Positions 40,651-48,568 of a stretch of 64,000 nt of DNA are shown here, in pieces (positions within the stretch are counted from its first letter, which is position 1; each line of letters begins with the position of its first letter). Both the position numbers and the translations under genes were made by a program. Below the pieces are notes generated by a model that did not search any database, was not told the origin of the DNA, and worked only from the letters and a program-made list of their open reading frames with translations. Source of the DNA: Sedimentisphaerales bacterium (lineage in GTDB: Bacteria > Planctomycetota > Phycisphaerae > Sedimentisphaerales > SM23-30); assembly GCA_963663805.2 (NCBI GenBank), contig CAXXMR010000002.1:1-64000 (forward strand). The letters run 5' to 3'.

Positions 40651-40679
40651 AGTTTATCAGATGTTTGTTCTCATTGCAA
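40651..40679 (-). promoter_or_regulatory. Putative sigma70 promoter, unit 1
   Basis: TTGCAA-N17-TAAACT; same spacing in all three units. Confidence 0.6.
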
Positions 40680-40759
40680 GAGAAAAAACTTTTATTTCTG
40701 CCACAGCAGCCCCGACCAACTGCTGTGACAATAAAGACTTAGCGTTCTTTGCGCGCAAA

Positions 40760-40921
40760 GGGAACGCCGTCGCAGTTATGCCTGCTTTAGGCCCGCAAAA
40801 GCCCGACGAGGTCATAAAAGCAAACGGCGTCCTTGTATCTACAAACCAAGGACACCGAGCCTTTCAAGCCACCTCGTCAGATAAATTTGCGGTTTAAAGC
40901 AGGCGGAATGAAATCTCAGTG
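40760..40921 (-). ncRNA. Unrecognised structured RNA, copy B1
   Basis: Stems GCCTGCTTTA/TAAAGCAGGC, CCGCAAA/TTTGCGG, GACGAGGT/ACCTCGTC and GGTGTCCTTG/CAAGGACGCC. Confidence 0.7.
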
Positions 40922-40934
40922 TTTGATGATTTCT

Positions 40935-41078
40935 AATATTCAGATGTGTTCAGCTCGTTTAGGTCAAATAAATCTCCTGAAAGAAAAATCGTATACTAGC
41001 AATCTACATCAAGAAATCGGAAAAGCAAATTAAAAATGAAAAAATTATGTTAATGCCGAATTGCTGTTACTTCCCCAG
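40935..41078. repeat. 144-bp exact direct repeat (other copy 43493-43636) spanning the RCC1 truncation junction
   Basis: Base-by-base comparison from AATATTCAGATGTG to TTACTTCCCCAG. Confidence 0.85.
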
Positions 41079-42196
41079 GCGTAGATTGCTCCGGAACGTT
41101 CGATAGTTAGCTTATGGGTAAAACCATCGTCCAGAGCGACGATGGTTTCGAGATAATCCGAATTGCTGGGCTGATCGCCGGCGGGGACGATTGTTGGCGA
41201 AGGCGTGCCCGTCAATCCCGCCCATTGCCAGACGAAACCTTCAGCATCGAGAGCGAGACTATGGCTTGAACCTGCGCCAATGGCGACGATGTTTTCAAGA
41301 TAGGTCGTCCCCATTTCGCCGCCGGGAACTCTGGCAGGGTATCCGGTCGTCCACTGCCAGACATTACCGTTTTCGTCAAGAGCCAACGAATGAGAACAAG
41401 AGGCGATTTCGACGATGCCTTCAAGATAACCAACACCGTTTTCGCCGGGAACTTTAATGGCGTAAGTACTTTCATTATTCACGCCCCATTCCCAAACGTT
41501 ATCGTTAGCATCACGAGCGATGGAATGACCAACCCCGGCGTCAACTTCAACGATGTCGAAACCAGTGTCGTGGCCGAGGTAGGTTGTCGCGGAGGTTTTT
41601 ACTTTGACGGGCGTTTCAACGTCAGCACCAGAAGTATCGTTGCCACATTGACCGTGAGCGTTATATCCCCAGCCGTAAGTATATTCGCCTTCGGAAGCGA
41701 GCGAGTGCAAACCGCTACGACCTGCGGAAACGCAGGTTATGTCTTCAAGGATAGCGTTCGGGTCGGCGCTTTGTTCACCGGCGAAAACGGCGATAGGAGA
41801 TAGGATGTCATCTGTATCATCACCATTACCAATCTGTCCGTTTGTATCACCACCCCAGGCCCAGACATTGCCGTTAACGTCATCAACTGCGAGCGAATGA
41901 TACCAACCGGCATCGAGGGCGATAATATCTTCGAGAAAACCTGAGACGGTGTTCATCTCGCCATCGTGAGTCTGTACTAAATATAATGATTTTGTTATGG
42001 TATCATCATTAATACCCAGTTGCCCAGAACCATTACTGCCACATGCCCAAACAGTATTATTTTCCATTATGACTAATGTGTGATATTCTCCGCCAGAAAT
42101 TGCTATAGCTCTAAGACATGTTTCATTTGCAATCACGTTTGAATTTGTTAAAAAACTTAATATAAATACAAGCCCTAATCTTTTTGCGCGCACCAT
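41045..42196 (-). CDS. RCC1-repeat secreted protein, C-terminally truncated paralog (383 aa)
   Basis: Close paralog of the N-terminal part of 36483-39623; ends WGSNSNSALT. Confidence 0.75.
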   Translation of the reverse strand: MVRAKRLGLVFILSFLTNSNVIANETCLRAIAISGGEYHTLVIMENNTVWACGSNGSGQLGINDDTITKSLYLVQTHDGEMNTVSGFLEDIIALDAGWYHSLAVDDVNGNVWAWGGDTNGQIGNGDDTDDILSPIAVFAGEQSADPNAILEDITCVSAGRSGLHSLASEGEYTYGWGYNAHGQCGNDTSGADVETPVKVKTSATTYLGHDTGFDIVEVDAGVGHSIARDANDNVWEWGVNNESTYAIKVPGENGVGYLEGIVEIASCSHSLALDENGNVWQWTTGYPARVPGGEMGTTYLENIVAIGAGSSHSLALDAEGFVWQWAGLTGTPSPTIVPAGDQPSNSDYLETIVALDDGFTHKLTIERSGAIYAWGSNSNSALT

Positions 42197-42241
42197 TCCT
42201 GTTTCTCCTATGTTAAAGTTGAGTTATTGAATATTGTTTTT

Positions 42242-42871
42242 TTATTGATACTTGCGACAGCGTGTTAATAAACTGCCAACAAACATGATTGTAATAGTTA
42301 GTGGTTCTGGTACAAGTGTTGCGGATGTGATATGTCCTTCAATACTAAAAAACTGCTCGCAGTCTATTACGCCATCTATCACGAGATAATTATAGTCCCA
42401 ATCTGAAAGAACAGGTGCATCCAACGGTAAATCTAAATTGGCATTCGCTGCCTGTGTATTATCATTCAAATACCATCCGATACGATCTATGGGTATTGTT
42501 TCAACCGGATAATTCCAAGAACTAATAACTGCATAGCCATCTTGGTTATACGAATTATTAGAAATTGCCAATCTGTAATCACTCAAACTTTTGAAGGTGA
42601 AAGTTCCAATATGCAAAACCATTTCCGTGCCAAATCCATCTTGAACCCAACGAGCAGTGTTAGGATTTGTGCTTGTATCGGGGACTGTAGTATCATAAGA
42701 ATATGTGCCAGTAATTATATCGCTTGGAGATACTTGACCTCCAAGCAAATCGCAAGGATCATTTATCGTATCAACCACACCTTCAATAGCAATGGTTATG
42801 ATTGCCGCTGAACAGGCAGAAGCGGCAAAAGCTAAAGTCGCCACAAAAACAATGATAACGCCCTTTTTCAT
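42242..42871 (-). CDS. PEP-CTERM sorting-domain protein, paralog 2
   Basis: Signal peptide; VPEPLTITIMFVGSLLTRCRK. Confidence 0.9.
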   Translation of the reverse strand: MKKGVIIVFVATLAFAASACSAAIITIAIEGVVDTINDPCDLLGGQVSPSDIITGTYSYDTTVPDTSTNPNTARWVQDGFGTEMVLHIGTFTFKSLSDYRLAISNNSYNQDGYAVISSWNYPVETIPIDRIGWYLNDNTQAANANLDLPLDAPVLSDWDYNYLVIDGVIDCEQFFSIEGHITSATLVPEPLTITIMFVGSLLTRCRKYQ

Positions 42872-42956
42872 GTCAAATCCTCCGTAAAAGTGTAATTGTT
42901 AAGTTCCTATTTTGATTATATGTGGTGTCCAGTCTAATCGACGACCCCATTTTTTT

Positions 42957-43120
42957 AAAAAAAGGGAACCGCCACGATTACGCCAACTCTAGGTTCGGCA
43001 GAACCCGGCAAGGCCGTAAAAGCAACGGCGCCCTTGTTCGCAAAGGGCACCGAGCCTTTCAAGCCGCCTTACCAAGCTAAACTGCCGATTTAGAGTTGGG
43101 CGAATGAAATCTCGATGATC
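42957..43120 (-). ncRNA. Unrecognised structured RNA, copy A2
   Basis: Stems CCAACTCTA/TAGAGTTGG, TCGGCAG/CTGCCGA and GGTAAGGC/GCCTTGCC; followed by a U-tract. Confidence 0.7.
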
Positions 43121-43206
43121 TCAGTTATTCAATTATTATATTACCTGCATTCTGCCTAAATTAACGCTCCTGACATAAATGACTTCCCAATCTTACGACT
43201 TTCTAC

Positions 43207-43235
43207 ACTCTATCAGGTGTTTGATCTCATTGCAA
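43207..43235 (-). promoter_or_regulatory. Putative sigma70 promoter, unit 2
   Basis: TTGCAA-N17-TAGAGT. Confidence 0.55.
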
Positions 43236-43315
43236 GAGAAAAAACTATTATTTTCGTCACAGCAGCCCCGACCAACTGCTGTAACTATAAGGAGTTAGCG
43301 TTCTTTGCGCGCAAA

Positions 43316-43478
43316 GGGAACGCCGTCACGATTATGCCTGTCCTAGGCCCGCAAAAGCCCTGCAAGGTCATAAAAGCAAACGGCGTTCCTGTTTCTACAA
43401 ACCAGAAACGCCGAGCTTTCCACGCCACCTTGCATTGCTAAATTTGCGGTTTAGGACAGGTGGTATGAAATCTCGGTG
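43316..43478 (-). ncRNA. Unrecognised structured RNA, copy B2
   Basis: Stems CCTGTCCTA/TAGGACAGG, CCGCAAA/TTTGCGG and TGCAAGGT/ACCTTGCA. Confidence 0.7.
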
Positions 43479-43602
43479 TATGGTCGATTTCAAATATTCA
43501 GATGTGTTCAGCTCGTTTAGGTCAAATAAATCTCCTGAAAGAAAAATCGTATACTAGCAATCTACATCAAGAAATCGGAAAAGCAAATTAAAAATGAAAA
43601 AA

Positions 43603-44121
43603 TTATGTTAATGCCGAATTGCTGTTACTTCCCCAGCCGTAAATCGTTCCGGCGTATTCGATTGTCAGGCGATGGTTGTAGCCGTCATCGATAGCGACGA
43701 TGTTTTCGAGATAATCCGAATTGCTGGGCTGTTCTCCGGCGTATACCTTCTGGGGTGAGTCATAATCGGTCCATTCCCAGACATTGCCGTTAATATCATC
43801 TACTGCAAGAGAATGATACCATCCAGCATCGACAGCAACGATATCTTCGAGAAATCCTGAAGAGGTGTTCATGTCGCCATCGTGAGTCTGTAATAGATAA
43901 GGTGATATTATTGTAAAAGGATCATTGATACCAAGCCTGCCAAGGTTATTGCTCCCGCATGCCCAGACTGTCTTATTTTCCATTAGTACAAGTGTATGGT
44001 ATTCTCCGCCCGAAATCGCTATTGCCCTAAGACAAGTCTCGTCTGCATTTGAAATTGCAGTGAAGGTGACAATAACCATAAAAGTGACAACTAAAGCCTT
44101 TTTTGCGCGCATCATCTCCAT
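43603..44121 (-). pseudogene. RCC1-repeat paralog with an internal deletion and a C-terminal truncation (172 aa; reading frame intact)
   Basis: Same signal peptide and first repeats as the other paralogs; jumps from NGNVW to the last repeat; ends WGSNSNSALT. Confidence 0.6.
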
Positions 44122-44157
44122 TTTCTCCTTTCACGAGATTAAAATGATGAATATTTA

Positions 44158-44787
44158 TTAAACTTTACGACGACGCATTATTACCAAGCTACCTAACACC
44201 AGTATACCCATAGTCATAGGTTCTGGGATAACTATTGCAGAAGTGATGTGGCCTTCTATAGCATATTGATTATCACAATCAATCGCCCCTTCAATAGTTA
44301 AATGATTAAAATCCCAATCTGAAAGATTGGGAGCGTCTAACGGAATATTCAAATTGGCGATTGCAGTTTGAGTGCTGTCGTTTAGAAGCCATGCCATATT
44401 GTTTACCGGCAAATTGTCAACTAAAAAACTCGACGAGCTTACTGGACCATATCCATCTTTGCCGTAGGAATCATTGGAAATGCCAAATAAATAATTAGTC
44501 GTAATAAATTCCAATGTTCCAATATTTATCGAAAATTTAGTACTCTGGTCAGTTTGGTACCAATAAGCAACATTGGTATTAGAGCTTGCGTTCGGCAATG
44601 TTGTATCATAAGAGTATAATCCAGTAATCGTATCTCCAGTAGTAATTTGACCTACAAGCAAACTGCACGGATCATCTACAGAATCGACTACCCCTTCTAC
44701 AGCAATAGTGATAATTGTCGCTGAGCAAACAGCGGTTGCTAGAGTAACAACTAAACATACCCCTAAAACATTAAAAAACTTTTTCAT
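44158..44787 (-). CDS. PEP-CTERM sorting-domain protein, paralog 3
   Basis: Signal peptide; IPEPMTMGILVLGSLVIMRRRK. Confidence 0.9.
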   Translation of the reverse strand: MKKFFNVLGVCLVVTLATAVCSATIITIAVEGVVDSVDDPCSLLVGQITTGDTITGLYSYDTTLPNASSNTNVAYWYQTDQSTKFSINIGTLEFITTNYLFGISNDSYGKDGYGPVSSSSFLVDNLPVNNMAWLLNDSTQTAIANLNIPLDAPNLSDWDFNHLTIEGAIDCDNQYAIEGHITSAIVIPEPMTMGILVLGSLVIMRRRKV

Positions 44788-44880
44788 GTCAAACCTCCGT
44801 AATAATATGATTGTTAGGTTCCTATTTCGATTATATGTGGTGTCCAGTTTGTTTGACCATAAATTTTTAGCGCAATTAAA

Positions 44881-45026
44881 TGGGACACCGCCACAAAGTG
44901 CTCACGTAAGGCCCGCTAAAGCCCTGAGGGACACTTGCAGACAGCGTCCCTATCGGGACACTGCCCACTGTTCGATCCCTCATGTAGAATTAGCGGTTTA
45001 ACGTGAGACGATCACTGGTTACAGCG
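44881..45026 (-). ncRNA. Unrecognised structured RNA, copy A3 (most divergent)
   Basis: Stems CTCACGT/ACGTGAG, CCGCTAA/TTAGCGG, TGAGGGA/TCCCTCA and CAGTGTCCC/GGGACGCTG; same AA/GCC and GGGCT linkers. Confidence 0.65.
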
Positions 45027-45117
45027 AATTATTATTCAAATGTTAAAGGCGGCGTATTTCGCCTAAATTAACGCTCCTAACGAATATAAATGACTTCCCA
45101 ATCTTACGACTTCCTGT

Positions 45118-45146
45118 ACTTTATCAGATGTTTGATCTCATTGCAA
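45118..45146 (-). promoter_or_regulatory. Putative sigma70 promoter, unit 3
   Basis: TTGCAA-N17-TAAAGT. Confidence 0.55.
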
Positions 45147-45226
45147 GAGAAAAAACTTTTATTTCTGTCACAGCAGCCCCGACCAACTGCTGTAACAATA
45201 AGGACTTAGCGTTCTTTGCGCGCAAA

Positions 45227-45389
45227 GAGGACGCCGTCGCAGTTATGCCTGCTCTAGGCCCGCAAAAGCCCGGTAAGGTCACAAAAGCAAACGGCGTCCT
45301 TGTTCTACAAACCAAGGACACCGAGCCTTTCAGACTACCTTACCTTATCTAAGTTTGCGGTTTAGAGCAGATAGCTTGAAATCTCAGTG
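45227..45389 (-). ncRNA. Unrecognised structured RNA, copy B3
   Basis: Stems CTGCTCTA/TAGAGCAG, CCGCAAA/TTTGCGG and GGTAAGGT/ACCTTACC. Confidence 0.7.
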
Positions 45390-45646
45390 TATGATGATTT
45401 CTAATATTCAGATGTATTTCTTTACGTGATTTTTCCTATAGCTTCTCCTGAAAAAGGAATCATATATTGGCAATATACCACAATAACAGGCCTAAGGCAA
45501 ATAAAGACCTGCATAATTCTGGAATTTTCTTTCAACTTTTCCCACACACCATGCCGAAGTAAATACAGACTGTTATTCTGGTCCGGTCAGGGAAGTTTGT
45601 TTAGAGTGGGCGGATTCTTTGTGTACCTGTTTAGGAGCTTGATAAT

Positions 45647-46269
45647 ATGGCGGTATTTCCGAAACTGGAAAATGATATTGCGGCTCTGGCTGAAGGGATG
45701 ATTGATGGTTTTACTTTGCATCCCGATGATTTCCCCGGTGTGGATGTCGCTGCTTTGCGGGGCATTCTCTCTGAATACAAGCAGGCTCGCCATCAGCAGG
45801 AACAGCTGCAGGGACAGGCACTTCGGGCCACGCATATCAAAAAGGAAAAACTCCGTCAGCTCAAACGCCGGATGCGTAATGACCTTAATATCGCCGAGGC
45901 CCACAACTCAGCTAAGCCGGATAACCTTACGTTTATCGGCTGGTCAGTTAAAAGGCCGCGTCGCCCGGTCGAGCCGCCGGCGATGCCTACCGACCTGCGT
46001 ATCATCAGCGACAGTAGTCTGCCGGCCGATGAGATCACCCTGAGCTGGACCTGTCCCCAGTCCGGCGGACCGGTCCGTAACTATATCATCAAACGCCGCA
46101 CGCTTAACCTACCGGGACAGGATACCGATTGGCAGCTCATCGACTTCTACTACGACAATCTCATAACCCTCAAAACCAGCCCCGCGGCGTGCAGTTGGAA
46201 TATACCGTCACCGCCTGCAACTATTCCGGCAGCAGTGTCCCCAGCAATGCCTTGCGGGTTGTCCTTTGA
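45647..46269 (+). CDS. Fibronectin type III domain protein, frameshifted near 46172
   Basis: AGGAG RBS; PAMPTDL..ITLSW..GGPVRNYII; adding one A to the AAAA run gives NQPRGVQLEYTVTACNYSGSSVPSNALRVVL and a stop at 46269. Confidence 0.75.
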
Positions 46270-46686
46270 TCCGATCAATATTAGCTGAAAACTAAACCAA
46301 ATCTCTTAACTGGTCAAATATCGGCACGCTAAACTTACATTTACTTCAAATGGGGCGTTTACCTTTCGAAATCCGGTTCCGGCAGAATATGTATGGGGCA
46401 AGTCGGCAGGGCTCTGATAAAGGCTGGGCCGTAGCGTTTGGTTACCACGCGCGGGTCAAGGATTACGATTCTGCCGGGGCAAATTTAAAGTGTCCGATAC
46501 ATTTTCCATTCGCTTTATCAAAATTAAACATCCGCCGCTGCGGAAAAGAATCGCGACAATGAAATCTACAATTAATCTATCACAAAAACCCGAAAATTAC
46601 AAAAATATTCAAAAAAACCACAAAAAACTGCATTTTTGCCTGTTGTTTGAAATTTAAGATTTTCCCATTGCCGTTAATCATCCAAC

Positions 46687-46782
46687 CCTTGGCCAAAGGC
46701 CGAAACCACGCCGTTGACATGCTTGCCAGCCATGCAAGCGACCAGCGGGAGCGTCAAATACGCCAAACGCTCGCGGCGATCT
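46687..46782 (-). repeat. REP-like dispersed repeat, copy 2
   Basis: Reverse complement matches 14323-14412 and 14278-14306. Confidence 0.75.
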
Positions 46783-47153
46783 GCCCACCGCAGGTGTTTG
46801 AAGTTTTGATAGCCGTTAAAAATCCGCGGTTTAATATTTCCGTTGCCGTTGTTAGGATTTAGTTCTTCGGATTTAGGATTTGTATAGTTCCTCCAGCAAA
46901 GCCGGAGAAACTATACTATATGGTACTTTTTTAAGAAAAATTGCCAAAAAAAGGTGATATGGTATAGTTAAGACTCGCCGAAAATCCAAAAAAACGCTCA
47001 AAAACCTGAAAAAACCTCCTAAAACACCCAAAAATCAACCAATATCTCGCGAAAAATCCAGAATTTTTACCCTTTACAGCCAACCCCAACATCTATATAA
47101 TCTGGAATTCTATAAAGTTGATAGAAGTGCAAGAAGATATAGGAGATGCACAA

Positions 47154-47378
47154 GTGAAAGAAGGCATTCATCCCCAATATGAAGACGCTACCGTTAAGTG
47201 CGGTTGTGGCAATACGTTCCAGACCAAGTCGACCATGAAAGAAATCCGTGTGGAAATCTGTTCCGCTTGCCACCCGTTCTATACCGGCAAGCAGAAGTTC
47301 GTCGATACCGCTGGCCGAATCGAAAAATTCAACAAGAAATTCGGAAATTACGCCGACAAACTCAAGAAAAACTCGTAG
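47154..47378 (+). CDS. rpmE: 50S ribosomal protein L31 (Zn-binding type)
   Basis: [37 protein letters not shown]. Confidence 0.97.
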   Translation: MKEGIHPQYEDATVKCGCGNTFQTKSTMKEIRVEICSACHPFYTGKQKFVDTAGRIEKFNKKFGNYADKLKKNS

Positions 47379-47450
47379 ATATTTTTTCGTACCCAATATC
47401 ACGCTGTTTGAATGCCGTAACAAGCGGTTTTAGAGCAGCGTGATTTTTTT

Positions 47451-48563
47451 ATGGACCAAATTATGAGCCTGGAACTGACCGCCACCGACGAAAAAATCCT
47501 GGCCAAGCTGGCTGAGCTGGACCAGAGATTCACCGCCCTGGAAGCCCAGATGAACGACCCGGCCATCTCCAGCAACCCCAACCAGATTGTCAAAATCGCT
47601 AAAGAACACGGCAAGCTGGGCCGGCTGGTTAATTCCTACCGCCACTTCAATAATACCAGAAAACAGCTCGATGAAGCCTTGGTAATGCAGGCCGATGCCG
47701 ACAATGACCCGGAAATGCGCGAGCTGGCGGCCTCGGAAGCCGAGGAACTCACCGAAAACGCCCGCAAAATGCTGGAACAGGCCAAAGAATCTCTGGTGAT
47801 GAGCTCCGATACCGCTATCGACTCGGTCATCGTGGAAATTCGCGCTGGCACCGGCGGCGATGAAGCCGCCCTGTTTGTCGGCGACCTCTACGGCATGTAC
47901 AGCCGCTACTGCGAAAAACACGGTTTCAAAATCGAACAGATGGAATTTTCACCTACCGAGATGGGCGGATTCCGCGAAGTGATTTTCGGCGTCAAAGGCG
48001 ATAATATCTGGAGTATTCTCGGCTACGAAGGCGGCGGCCATCGCGTCCAGCGGGTACCCGAAACCGAAGCTCAAGGACGTATCCACACTTCCGCGGCAAC
48101 GGTGGCGGTGCTGCCTGAGCCGGAAGATCTCGACATCGATATTAAACCTGATGAGGTTATCGAGCATGTGGCCCGCTCCAGCGGCCCAGGCGGCCAGAGC
48201 GTCAATAAAACCAGTTCAGCTATCAAACTCCAACACATCGCCACCGGCATAACCGTCAGTATGCAGGACGAAAAAAGTCAGCATAAAAATCGCGCCAAGG
48301 CCTGGCGTATCCTCCGCACTCGCGTTTACGACCACTTCCGCCTGCAAAAAGAAGCCGAACGTTCCTCCGCCCGCAAAAGTATGATAGGCTCCGGCGACCG
48401 TTCTCAGAGAATTCGCACTTATAACTTCCCGCAGAATCGTGTCACCGACCATCGCATTAATCTTTCGCTTTACAGCCTGGACAAGGTCATCATGGGCGAG
48501 ATAGACGAACTCATCAAAGGGCTCATTGATTACGATAAGGCCCAGCGACTGCAAGATCTCTGA
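47451..48563 (+). CDS. prfA: Peptide chain release factor 1
   Basis: [20 protein letters not shown] (PxT), [20 protein letters not shown]. Confidence 0.97.
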   Translation: MDQIMSLELTATDEKILAKLAELDQRFTALEAQMNDPAISSNPNQIVKIAKEHGKLGRLVNSYRHFNNTRKQLDEALVMQADADNDPEMRELAASEAEELTENARKMLEQAKESLVMSSDTAIDSVIVEIRAGTGGDEAALFVGDLYGMYSRYCEKHGFKIEQMEFSPTEMGGFREVIFGVKGDNIWSILGYEGGGHRVQRVPETEAQGRIHTSAATVAVLPEPEDLDIDIKPDEVIEHVARSSGPGGQSVNKTSSAIKLQHIATGITVSMQDEKSQHKNRAKAWRILRTRVYDHFRLQKEAERSSARKSMIGSGDRSQRIRTYNFPQNRVTDHRINLSLYSLDKVIMGEIDELIKGLIDYDKAQRLQDL

Positions 48564-48568
48564 TAACC

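Noticed and set aside
41028..41055. dif-like site (TTATGTTAAT resembles the XerD arm); similar cases near 43603 and 51890
   Set aside because: There is no XerC arm (CATAA) at the 6-bp spacing, and the context is AT-rich.
40661..45352. Three similar plus-strand ORFs (40661-40897, 43217-43441, 45128-45352; MFxLIAREKT...)
   Set aside because: They are antisense to the repeated RNA and promoter block, lack an RBS and have unrelated C-termini. The substitutions preserve base pairing rather than codons.
40388..45389. Known riboswitch (c-di-GMP-I/II, c-di-AMP, SAM, cobalamin, TPP), T-box or tRNA identity for the six RNA copies
   Set aside because: I could not find their consensus motifs by eye; an Rfam scan is still needed.
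36483..45420. Diversity-generating retroelement, retron, integron or shufflon as the explanation for the cassette array
   Set aside because: There is no reverse transcriptase, integrase or recombinase in the window. The paralog differences do not look adenine-specific, and the repeats are direct rather than inverted.
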